Assembly: GCA_964399675.1 (NCBI GenBank)
Contig: CAYNRK010000003.1
Coordinates: 73,033 to 137,032, forward strand
Direction: 5' to 3'
DNA: 64,000 nucleotides
Source of the DNA: an uncultured Gammaproteobacteria bacterium
Lineage (GTDB): Bacteria > Patescibacteriota > Patescibacteriia > UBA9934 > GWF2-40-263
The notes under the pieces were generated by a model that was given only the letters and a program-made list of their open reading frames with translations, had not been told where the DNA came from and made no database searches. The translations under genes and the position numbers were made by a program. How positions within the stretch are numbered: the stretch's first letter is position 1; each line of letters opens with the position of its first letter. Shown here one piece after another: positions 29,299 through 40,328 of this stretch.

Positions 29299-29844
29299 TT
29301 AAATCTTCTTGATTTGCAAGAAGTCAAGTTCAACAGGTGTTTCACGTCCGAACATTGATACAAGCACTTTGATTTTTCCACGATCTTCGTCGATTTCTGA
29401 AACTTTTCCTTCTTGGCCTTTGAATGGACCATCTGAGATAAGAATAGGGGATCCAACCTCAACATCAAGTTTGTATTCCGGCTCATCAACACCCATTCGG
29501 CTTTGAAGTGCTTCGATTTCTTCCAGCGCAATTGGAGTTGGTGTTGTTCCTGTTCCAATAAATCCTGTTACGTTTGGTGTGTTTCTGACAACATACCAAG
29601 AGTCATCTGTAACAATCATTTCAACCAGCACATATCCAGGGAAGATTTTTTCTTCAACAACTTTTCGTTTTCCATTTTTGATTTTGATTTTCTTTTCTTT
29701 TGGAACCAGGACACTAAAGATTTTTTCTTCCATGTCCATTGTTTCAATTCTTTGCGTCAGGTTTTGTGACACGTTTTCTTCATAGCCGGAGTAGGTGTGA
29801 ATTGCATACCACCTGCGACCATGTTTGGCTGTTTGTTTGGCCAT
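29299..29844 (-). CDS. nusG: Transcription factor NusG
   Basis: WYAIHTYSGYE, FPGYVLVEM, KOW, FGRETPVEL. Confidence 0.98.
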   Translation of the reverse strand: MAKQTAKHGRRWYAIHTYSGYEENVSQNLTQRIETMDMEEKIFSVLVPKEKKIKIKNGKRKVVEEKIFPGYVLVEMIVTDDSWYVVRNTPNVTGFIGTGTTPTPIALEEIEALQSRMGVDEPEYKLDVEVGSPILISDGPFKGQEGKVSEIDEDRGKIKVLVSMFGRETPVELDFLQIKKI

Positions 29845-29853
29845 AAAGAGCGA

Positions 29854-30078
29854 TTAAGATTTTATTGAAATAAGTTGTTCAAGTCCAAGGTTGAGGAGCC
29901 AATCAAGCCCGCCAAAGAATCCTGCAATTACAAGCGCGAGTATTATCACAATAACTGAATATTTTGTGGTTTCTTGCTTGGATGGCCAAGTGACTTTTTT
30001 CATTTCTTCTTTTGACTCTTTAACATATCGAAAAAGCCATTGGATTGGGTTTTCTTTCTTTTTGGAAAGTGGTTGCAT
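29854..30078 (-). CDS. secE: Preprotein translocase SecE
   Basis: EMKKVTWPS then TM helix; upstream of nusG. Confidence 0.93.
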   Translation of the reverse strand: MQPLSKKKENPIQWLFRYVKESKEEMKKVTWPSKQETTKYSVIVIILALVIAGFFGGLDWLLNLGLEQLISIKS

Positions 30079-30167
30079 AATTTTGGTATTTAAAAACAGC
30101 CTTTGCGGCCATCTGAGAAGACTATACTATATGTAGTTATTTTTGGCAAGAGAAGTTTGAGAAAGAT

Positions 30168-30497
30168 AAAACCGCCAGAGCTGGCATACAATCGCGCCCA
30201 TGAATAAACAGCGGGCACGACCACCAGATGGCAGTCAATAGAGGTAGAACGCCCGCCAGACAGCCGACGACCCCTGAAGCGCTGAAGAACTGCGCTCGCA
30301 CCGTGTGCTTAGGGGTCGCCGACTGCCGGCGGGCAGAAGGATGCCTCGAGAGACTTCGGGGCCTGATCCCCGGTGGTCATGTTGCACCTCCTTTCGGGGG
30401 GTGTTCTTCTCTCGAGGCGGACAGACGCAGGCCAGTCGTCCCTAGGAATAAGACCTTGCCGCTTGAACGCTCTACCTTACCTAGGACGGCGAGCGAT
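30168..30497 (-). ncRNA. Putative structured RNA / small-peptide transcript (23-aa ORF 30380-30309)
   Basis: TTGACA-17-TATCTT promoter (30532-30504), leader hairpin, AAGGAGGTG SD + MTTGDQAPKSLEASFCPPAVGDP*, 3' hairpin with T run. Confidence 0.45.
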
Positions 30498-30544
30498 GGT
30501 GGGAAGATATCTTAAATTGACGATTTTGTCAATAGTTAAACTAA

Positions 30545-30571
30545 AAAATTCGCCACTAAGTGGCGAATTTT
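30545..30571. terminator. Terminator after gyrB
   Basis: aaaattcgccac-taa-gtggcgaatttt; similar hairpin at ~44608-44638. Confidence 0.75.
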
Positions 30572-30590
30572 GGGGCTTTTTATCAATTTT

Positions 30591-32675
<2,085 letters not shown>

Positions 32676-32751
32676 TCAGTATTTTTCAAACCCAGAATAT
32701 CATATTTATCCCATTTTTGAAAGCCTTAGTAGCATGTTATAATCTTTCTAT

Positions 32752-33675
32752 ATGGAGGATGATCAAACACTACTTAAACAAGCAGGAAAAGAGTTTCGCC
32801 GATTTTATAAATGGTCCTTATGGTGGGTTGAGCACAGGGCCTTGCTGAAAAAGATCGGATATGGAATTTTGATTGCGTTTGATTGCGCGCTTCTTCTTTT
32901 TGTAATTTGGACCATGTTGGATTCATTTGCCATCAGTTACGGATCTGAGCAAGTTGCTGTTGCCAATATGGTTGTGGTTGGTCAACAAGACCTTCATTCC
33001 TATACTGTTTCAAGCGCTGCCTTTCCAATTGAACCAACGCGAGTTGTAGCACTGCCTATTGGAAATAGTCGATATGATTTTTACACAAAAATTATTAATG
33101 AGAATAAACAGTGGCGTGCAGACTTTACTTACAAGTTTGTTTATGGCGGAGGAGAAACAGAAGAGCTACAGGGTTATATTCATCCCAATGAAGCAAAGCC
33201 TGTTTCAGTGCTTGCTCAAGAGATAAGCACTGCTCCTGGCCAGGCTGAGTTTGTTATCACAGATGTCAACTGGTATCGTGTTAACGCTCATACAATTCGT
33301 GATTATGATATATGGTATGGCGATCGAACAAACTTCGAGATTGAGACAGAAGGTTTTGAAAAAGATACACGATTTGAAGGGGAAACATTTGGTCGCACAA
33401 CGTTTACCATCAAAAACAAGAGTCCGTTTAGCTATTACAATCCTCGATTTCATGTGCTTCTCAAGCGCGGCTCAGCCGTTGTTGGGGTAAACAGAACAAC
33501 GCTCACATCTCTTGATTCCGGAAAAGAAGAAGTGGTGACTATAAATTGGTTTGGAACTCTTCCTGCTGTGAGCTCTGTTGAAGTAATTCCTGAGATTAAT
33601 TTTTTTGATCTTGATTCTTACAAACCACTCGTGGGGGAGAGCCCGATTGATACACGGCTGCGAGTCTTTCGCTAA
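32752..33675 (+). CDS. Membrane-anchored hypothetical protein
   Basis: One TM helix followed by beta-rich domain. Confidence 0.8.
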   Translation: MEDDQTLLKQAGKEFRRFYKWSLWWVEHRALLKKIGYGILIAFDCALLLFVIWTMLDSFAISYGSEQVAVANMVVVGQQDLHSYTVSSAAFPIEPTRVVALPIGNSRYDFYTKIINENKQWRADFTYKFVYGGGETEELQGYIHPNEAKPVSVLAQEISTAPGQAEFVITDVNWYRVNAHTIRDYDIWYGDRTNFEIETEGFEKDTRFEGETFGRTTFTIKNKSPFSYYNPRFHVLLKRGSAVVGVNRTTLTSLDSGKEEVVTINWFGTLPAVSSVEVIPEINFFDLDSYKPLVGESPIDTRLRVFR

Positions 33676-33681
33676 TCTCTG

Positions 33682-34821
33682 ATGATCCGATCGCTTTATC
33701 ATTTTCGTAAAAACCTCTCGCTTTTTCGGTCCTCGGACTGGATCTTTTTGTTTGCAATTTTCACGCTTATCCTTTTTGGGCTTGCGGCAATTTATTCTGT
33801 TGACTTGTCCCAGCAGGGAAGTCAATTTTTTAGCATGAAAAAACAGATAATCGCAGCAGTTATAGCTCTGGGATTTTTTTTATTTATAGCAACATCAAAT
33901 CACAAACTTTTGCGAAACTACAGCCTTCTTTTTTACATTACGGGCACAGTGCTTCTTGTTGGAGTTTTGTTTTTTGGAACAAATGTACGTGCAACAACTG
34001 GTTGGTATGCGTTTGGACTCTTTAGTTTTCAGCCGGTTGAGTTTATGAAGGTGGCTCTTGCAATCACGCTTGCAGCATACTTTAGCAATCGAGCTAGACC
34101 AGAGTTTGGGTTAAGAGAGCTTTTTGAAAGTTTAGGAATTACCCTACTGCCAGTTTTTTTAACCTTAATGCAACCTGACCTTGGATCAGCATCTATTTTA
34201 TTGGGGATGTGGTGTATTATTGTTTTGTTCGCCGGAGTGCCGCTTCGTTATGTTATGAGCCTGCTTTTGATTGGGATTGTTGCTTCTGTTCTTGCGTGGA
34301 ATTTTGCGTTTGCTGAATATCAAAAGGCAAGGATTTTGACTTTTGTGAATCCAGAGTATGACACCCTGGGCCAGGGTTATAATGTAAATCAAGCCATTAT
34401 TGCTATTGGATCTGGAGGAATTTTTGGAAGTGGATTGGGGTTTGGTTCGCAAAGTCAGTTGAAATTTTTACCAGAATCCAAAACAGACTTTATTTTTGCT
34501 GTGATTGCTGAGGAGCTTGGATTTGTTGGAGTTGTTTTGTTGCTTAGTGCTTTTTTTCTTCTTGTTTATAGAATTTTTAAATACACTCAAAACGCAAGAG
34601 ATGATTTTACAACTTATTTATTACTGATCATTGCCGGCCTGCTTACGCTTCAGGTTTTTGTTAATGTTGGAATGAATTTAGGCATGTTTCCGGTGACTGG
34701 GATTGGGTTGCCGCTTGTAAGTTATGGTGGAAGCTCGCTTGTGTTTATAATGGCGCTTCTTGGGATTGTTATGAGCGTGGCACTTAGATCACAGAGTATG
34801 GGCAACAAACAAGCATTGTGA
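33682..34821 (+). CDS. rodA: SEDS family peptidoglycan polymerase RodA
   Basis: FQPVEFMK, QPDLG, GYNVNQAIIAIGSGG, TDFIF, PLVSYGGS. Confidence 0.93.
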   Translation: MIRSLYHFRKNLSLFRSSDWIFLFAIFTLILFGLAAIYSVDLSQQGSQFFSMKKQIIAAVIALGFFLFIATSNHKLLRNYSLLFYITGTVLLVGVLFFGTNVRATTGWYAFGLFSFQPVEFMKVALAITLAAYFSNRARPEFGLRELFESLGITLLPVFLTLMQPDLGSASILLGMWCIIVLFAGVPLRYVMSLLLIGIVASVLAWNFAFAEYQKARILTFVNPEYDTLGQGYNVNQAIIAIGSGGIFGSGLGFGSQSQLKFLPESKTDFIFAVIAEELGFVGVVLLLSAFFLLVYRIFKYTQNARDDFTTYLLLIIAGLLTLQVFVNVGMNLGMFPVTGIGLPLVSYGGSSLVFIMALLGIVMSVALRSQSMGNKQAL

Positions 34822-34918
34822 TATTCTAAATATACGAGTGGGGAAACCCATCGTGGGGACTCGTTCTTTGAAAGTGGGACTGTTTAGGAACAGTCCCGGG
34901 TGTATACTTTTTAATCAT

Positions 34919-35308
34919 ATGTCATCGAAACAAGGTTCAGAGATATGGAATGAAGGGCTTCGGCTCGTCTCTTATTGCCCAGTGTGTGAGACTCGGTACA
35001 ATCCGATGCAAGCACGCATTTTGGGTCAAGATGGCGAGACTCATTTACTTCACGTCCGGTGTCGCAAGTGCCACAATTCGATTTTGGCGCTCGTTCTTGT
35101 TAATCAGGTTGGAGCAAGTTCTGTTGGACTGCTCACCGATTTAACTTATGATGATGTGATCCGATTTAGGTCACATGAGTCTGTTTCAATTGATGATGTG
35201 ATTGATGCACACGCGTTCTTAGAGGAGAGAGGATGGGAAACGTTTCTTAGGAGGAGAATTATTAGAAAGAAACGTACAACCAAAGCAAAATCAAAGAATG
35301 AGAACTAG
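34919..35308 (+). CDS. Zinc-ribbon hypothetical protein
   Basis: CPVC...CRKC, GLLTDLT. Confidence 0.75.
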   Translation: MSSKQGSEIWNEGLRLVSYCPVCETRYNPMQARILGQDGETHLLHVRCRKCHNSILALVLVNQVGASSVGLLTDLTYDDVIRFRSHESVSIDDVIDAHAFLEERGWETFLRRRIIRKKRTTKAKSKNEN

Positions 35309-35489
35309 GCCTGACGGATAGTTCCTAAAGGCAGCAAAAAATCCGGGAAACCGGTTTTTTTGCTTGCGCTCTAATCCCGGGGTTAGAGCTCGCAGTTAGA
35401 GCGCGGGAAAGGATCTTGACTAATTTTCAAAAAATGAGCATAATACGCCCGCGAAAGGAGGAAAAGTTAGTAAATGCGAAACTATATTT

Positions 35490-36200
35490 ATGAGCACAAT
35501 TACTCTCAATGCAGAACCTAGAACAATCAAAGGCCGTAAAACAAATCAACTTCGCGCAGAAGGGAAAGTGCCTGCAGTTGTTTATGGTGCTGGAACTGAA
35601 TCAAAGCCAATCACAATAGAACAGAATCAGTTTTTGAAAACCTATAAGCAGGCCGGAGAAAGCATGATCATTGAACTTAAGGTCAATGATGACAAGCCGC
35701 TTCATGTATTGGTTCACGACTATCAACTAGACCCGGTTCGAGATGAGGTTACACATGTGGATTTTCGTTCTATTGATATGGACAAAGAAATTGATGCTGT
35801 TGTGGCATTGGAATTTATTGGCGAGTCCGCTGCTGTTAAGGCGCTTGGTGGAACACTTCTTCGACCTAGAGATTCAGTAACTGTTCACTGTCTTCCCTCA
35901 AAGCTCATGCGAACTCTTTCGGTTGATTTGTCCAAACTTGAAACCTTTGAAGATGTTGTTAATGTCTCAGACATTGATCTTCCAGAAGGTGTAAGTATTG
36001 TTGATGATGGTAATTTAACAGTTGCTGTTGTGTCTAAACCAAGAACAGCACAAGAACTAGCAGAGCTTGATGAAGAGATTGAAGGTGAGGCTGGCGAAGC
36101 AGCTGCAGAAGATGAGGATAAGGAGGGTGAAACTAAAGAGGGGGCAGAAGCAGAAGGTGACAAGCCAAAAGAAGGGGAAGAGGAAAAAGCTTCTGAATAA
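35490..36200 (+). CDS. rplY: 50S ribosomal protein L25 (Ctc-type)
   Basis: LRAEGKVPAVVYG, HVDF, acidic tail. Confidence 0.95.
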   Translation: MSTITLNAEPRTIKGRKTNQLRAEGKVPAVVYGAGTESKPITIEQNQFLKTYKQAGESMIIELKVNDDKPLHVLVHDYQLDPVRDEVTHVDFRSIDMDKEIDAVVALEFIGESAAVKALGGTLLRPRDSVTVHCLPSKLMRTLSVDLSKLETFEDVVNVSDIDLPEGVSIVDDGNLTVAVVSKPRTAQELAELDEEIEGEAGEAAAEDEDKEGETKEGAEAEGDKPKEGEEEKASE

Positions 36201-36201
36201 C

Positions 36202-37260
36202 ATGTCAAAAGAAAAAAAAGATCAAATGATTTGGTGGTATGGAGCAACAGCAGCAGCTGTTGCTCTTGCATTTGTTTTTTCAGGCGCGCTACAGTCTTTT
36301 TCTATAGACCTATCAATTAATCAATCTGAGGAAATTCAATCAACACAAAATACACCTCTTTTTGAACACCCACTTAGTGGGCTTCCGATTTTTGACAAAG
36401 CTGAGCCTCCACATGTCTTTGGTGTTGTTATCGATAACCATGAGGATTCTTGGCCACAAAACGGTTTAAACAATGCGTTTTTGGTTATTGAGTCGCCTGT
36501 GGAGGCTGGGATTTCTCGTATGTTAGCGTTCTTTTCTGAAGATGCTGAAGTCGAAAAGATTGGTCCTGTGCGTTCAGCTCGTCCATACTTTCTTGATTGG
36601 AACAATGAGCTAGATGCTTTGTTTACTCATGTTGGCGGTTCAGATGCTGCTTTAGATTTGATTGCAAGTGGATCAACTTTTGATCTGAATCAATATTGGT
36701 ATGATTCCTATTTTTGGCGTTCAAATTCACGACTTGCTCCACACAATGTTTTCACTTCAACGGATTTATTAAACGAATACCTTGAGAAAAGAATAGAAAA
36801 CAAAACAGCACCAAAGCTTTTATATGGCTTGTGGTCATTTAAAAAACCTGAAGCAACTGAGGAATCCATTGGCCTTCATATTGATTTTTATCCACCTATT
36901 TATACTGTTGATTGGGAATTCGATCATGAGACAGGGAAGTATTTGCGAGATCAGTCTGGTCAACCGCATCTTCTTGAGAATGAAGAGCAGATCCAGGCTG
37001 ACAACATTGCGGTTGTAATTACAAGTGTTCAAATTATTGATTCAGTTGGACGTCGGAAGATAAAAACGATTGGAAAAGGGGATGGATATTTATTTCAAGA
37101 TGGTGGTGTAGTGGAAGTGATTTGGAAAAAGGAATCACAAGGTCAGCGCTTGCGATTCTATTCAAAAGAAAATGATAAGGAGCTTAAAATGAATCCTGGC
37201 CTCACTTGGGTTGAGGTTGTTCCAAGTAAAAATAGTATTGAAATTGTAAACAAGGATTAA
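36202..37260 (+). CDS. DUF3048-type exported protein
   Basis: IDNH..SWPQ.GL, GPVRSARPYF, HVGGS, APHNVF, GLTWVEV. Confidence 0.85.
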   Translation: MSKEKKDQMIWWYGATAAAVALAFVFSGALQSFSIDLSINQSEEIQSTQNTPLFEHPLSGLPIFDKAEPPHVFGVVIDNHEDSWPQNGLNNAFLVIESPVEAGISRMLAFFSEDAEVEKIGPVRSARPYFLDWNNELDALFTHVGGSDAALDLIASGSTFDLNQYWYDSYFWRSNSRLAPHNVFTSTDLLNEYLEKRIENKTAPKLLYGLWSFKKPEATEESIGLHIDFYPPIYTVDWEFDHETGKYLRDQSGQPHLLENEEQIQADNIAVVITSVQIIDSVGRRKIKTIGKGDGYLFQDGGVVEVIWKKESQGQRLRFYSKENDKELKMNPGLTWVEVVPSKNSIEIVNKD

Positions 37261-38165
37261 AGTTCTGCAACAACGATTCGGTCAAGACCTTGAAGGTCTT
37301 GTTTTATTTTTGGCTCTGTTTGAGGAAAGTTGTGTGCGATAAGGTTTGTGATTTTTTCTTTTTGAGTTGGATCAATTTCAAGAAGCACAGTCAGTCGCCT
37401 GGGTAATAATTTGCGATCTAAGCGCAATTGTTTGATTAGTCGAAAATAGGCGTCCAGGCCGTCTGAACCGGCCAGGAGAGCAGATTTTGGCTCATACGCA
37501 ACTTCTTTTTGTGCATACGCTACTTGTGTTTCTGTGAGATATGGAAGGTTGGCACAGAGAATCAGATGCTTAAAAGGATAGACAGATGAGACTTTTGGGT
37601 TTCCTGAAGTGTGTAGAGATCGAAAAAGATCGCTTACTGGTTGTAGTAGATCGCCTTGCCTAAAATCAATAAGTTCATGAGTGTCTAGTTGTTTGGCATT
37701 TTGTTTTGCAACAGCCAAGGCCTTTCCCTCTATGTCTGAAGCAACAACAGGAAATCCTGTTTCAATTGCTAGGGTTATTGCAATTGCACCAGAGCCTGTT
37801 CCAATATCTGCAAAAATAGTTGTGTCTTTGTTTGATTCTTTTGCAATCGCAAGTGCGTTATCAATAAGCGTTTCTGTTGCTGGTCTAGGAATTAAAACAA
37901 AAGGGTTAACCAGAAAAGATCGTTTATAAAATTCTTTTTTATTTGTTATATATGCAATTGGTTCTCGTTTAATACGTCGTTCAATTGATGTGATAAATTG
38001 TTCTTCTCGATGAGACTTAAGCTGTTCAGTAAACCGTGAAAAAAGTTTAGCCTTAGTAATATTCAAAATTGATGCAAGAAGTATTTCTGCATCAAGCATT
38101 GGTGAATCAATATCAGCCTTTCTTAGTTTGTTGTTTGCCCACTGTAAGGCTTCAAAGATAGTCAT
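37257..38165 (-). CDS. prmC: Release factor glutamine methyltransferase
   Basis: EPIAYI, LIPRPATE, DIGTGSGAIA, NLPY. Confidence 0.95.
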   Translation of the reverse strand: MTIFEALQWANNKLRKADIDSPMLDAEILLASILNITKAKLFSRFTEQLKSHREEQFITSIERRIKREPIAYITNKKEFYKRSFLVNPFVLIPRPATETLIDNALAIAKESNKDTTIFADIGTGSGAIAITLAIETGFPVVASDIEGKALAVAKQNAKQLDTHELIDFRQGDLLQPVSDLFRSLHTSGNPKVSSVYPFKHLILCANLPYLTETQVAYAQKEVAYEPKSALLAGSDGLDAYFRLIKQLRLDRKLLPRRLTVLLEIDPTQKEKITNLIAHNFPQTEPKIKQDLQGLDRIVVAEL

Positions 38166-38176
38166 TCATTTTTTTG

Positions 38177-38308
38177 TGTCATTGCGAGGAGGCCGTCAGG
38201 CCGACGAAGCCCTCGGCCGTGCCCGTCCTACGGGCGAGGCAATCCTCGTATTAATGAATACTATACTACGGAGATTGCTTCGGCCAGCTTCGCTGGCCTC
38301 GCAATGAC
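38177..38308. repeat. REP-like palindrome family B (GTCATTGCGAG...GCAATC...GATTGC...CTCGCAATGAC)
   Basis: Copies at 52348-52437, partial at ~56217 and 57255-57348. Confidence 0.88.
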
Positions 38309-38325
38309 GCGGGGATTTTTTTGCC

Positions 38326-38371
38326 AAAAAGAAAAGTAGGGCCCTCTTCGATTCGCACCGAAGGGGGCCCA
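38326..38371 (-). terminator. Intrinsic terminator of candidate giant RNA
   Basis: Minus strand gggcccccttcggtgcgaatcgaagagggccc-tacttttctttt. Confidence 0.8.
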
Positions 38372-39936
38372 GAAGGACGCCAGAGTAACAGTGGGTGACC
38401 GCCCGAAGGTGGCCACAGCTTCGCCAGTGTTAGCGTCCGAGTTGTTCCGACGCTGGAGCAAGGTGTCGCGTTCGAGCAAGGCTCGCACGGACACACAGGC
38501 TCCATGTCTCTTCTTGGCTGAGTGGTCGGTTCTTACACCTACCTCTCTTGATGATCGGTTGCTTCTTGTGGTCCGTGGGAGGACCTTGCAGGAACTTTCG
38601 CCGTGAAGCTAGGTTCCACATCCAATCTCCAACTGTCTCGAAGACCTTCTGTATCATCCCCGAAGGAATGACCTTACTTTTTCTCATGTCTGGCCCGAAG
38701 ACCAAGTTAGCTTTCCCCCGAAGAGTACTTGCATCATGATACTTTTTCAGTACAGCCGAAGCTGCATCAGAAGAGGAACGACAACGATTTTCGACCGTTA
38801 TTTATTATCCCTTTGTTTCCTTGGGGATCTTTCGTTGGTTACTCGCTGTGCAACCTTTACGAAAGTGGTCTATCCATTGCTGGATTTCGTTACCTTTTGG
38901 AAGCTCTTTTGGTCGAAACCTCTGGAACTCCCTCACCTTACTTTGGCCGAAGCCGTTTCTGGTTTTTTAGCTCCCCATGCCTGGGTTGCTCAGATCTTTC
39001 GACCTGTTGAGTAATCTGTGACTGATTGATGGATCAGCCATTACTCTTAACGATTTTCAACCGCTATTTATTATCCCGTTGTTTCCATTGGGATCTTTCG
39101 TGGTTATGTCGAGCAAGCTCTAGTAACCTTACGAAAGTTGGTTTATCCTTCGTTTGATTGCTCAAACGTTAGGATTCTCGTTACTTTTTTGGTTGCCCTT
39201 TGGTCTCCCTCTAGGCTTCCTCACCATTTCAGCCGAAGCTTACTTTGGATTTTTGGTCCACATTTGACTACCCGGAGGTCTTCAATTGCTTTCCAAGGTG
39301 TTTCCACCTTTGATCAACACTGGTGTTGGTTTTTAATCAACACCCATCCTGCTTTCCCACAGCTTGTTTCCTGCAAGTCTTTGCTTCCTGTGCCCAGGTA
39401 AGCTTGACTTACTTGTTTCTTGGCTGCTTTCTACAGAATGACTCTGCTTTGGGTGTGGCTTTTGTTTTCCCGCTCGTTTTCTCCGCGTTTCCTTGGAGAC
39501 TCGGTTGCTTGTTTTCCATTTCCGCACTTTGGCAGAGTTTTTGGATCGGTTTACCCGTTCCTTTTTGTTTGCATTAAGGCCTTCCCCGCTATTCCCACCG
39601 AAGTGGTTTTCATCACGGAATCGTTTCATCAGGATTGCTCCCGAATCACTGCCTTTCATGCAATGTATTCCTTGTAGTCCTTTGTTTCCCGTCCGGTTAC
39701 CCCTCTGTCTCCAGTGAGGTTCGTTACTTGTTTCCACTTAGAACTACTTGGTTTTTTGGACCGGTTTACCCGCTCCTCTTCGTTTCCTTCGGATTGTATT
39801 CCCGAGCTTATTTCCGCAACACACGTGCTGTGGCTTTGGGCTCTTGTATTCTCTCCGTGTACTTACGAAGACGTGCTGATCTGGTCTGACCAGGCTCCCA
39901 GGGCAGTTGATTACTCTGTCGGCCTTGTCGCACGTG
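38326..39936 (-). ncRNA. Candidate ~1.6-kb structured non-coding RNA
   Basis: No credible ORF; promoter TTGACA-17-TAATCT (39971-39943); dense GNRA/UUCG-capped hairpins, A-rich linkers, duplicated domains; terminator. Confidence 0.75.
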
Positions 39937-39942
39937 ATGTCC

Positions 39943-39971
39943 AGATTAAACTAAGAAGTATTTCCTGTCAA
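39943..39971 (-). promoter_or_regulatory. Sigma70 promoter of candidate giant RNA
   Basis: TTGACA-17bp-TAATCT. Confidence 0.7.
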
Positions 39972-40094
39972 GCCCCCCGGAATGACTAGTTTTTGATAAA
40001 AGACGTTGGTTATCCACAGAGGTGAGGATGGGATTGGTGGATAAGCATGGATGTTACCGGGAAGGACTGTCCCGGTAACACCTAAATTTTTGGA

Positions 40095-40297
40095 AAAGAA
40101 AGCGGATCCAGTCTTGGATCCGAGAAGAAGGGTGTTGGTGAAGGCGACAAGGAAGAGGTGCCGCGGTGTTGCGGGCTCTTGTTTCACTGCCCCAGGCCAG
40201 CAGGGCAGTTGTCGTTCGGAGGTAGAAGTCGTGGGGCGGCACCTCTTCCCGTCGCACCTCACCGCGACCAGCACCATGGGTGGTGGTGGTCAGATAC
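40095..40297 (-). ncRNA. ~200-nt hairpin RNA, possibly 6S-like
   Basis: TTGACA-17-TATCTT promoter (40332-40304); long closing stem ggaagaggtgccgc/gcggcacctcttcc, central bubble, apical hairpin; terminator 40094-40122. Confidence 0.55.
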
Positions 40298-40328
40298 GCC
40301 TTGAAGATACCGTTTTTCCCCGTTTTTG

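Noticed and set aside
30080-30540. tRNA expected near secE, or SRP/tmRNA
   Set aside because: No T-loop GTTCRA or cloverleaf, no SRP helix-8 motif found
38326-39936. Identification as CRISPR array, group I/II intron, RNase P, tmRNA or rRNA fragment
   Set aside because: No regular repeat-spacer pattern, no interrupted host gene or recognisable domain V, no GAGGAAAGTCC, no tRNA-like ends or tag peptide recognised; needs a CM search to be final
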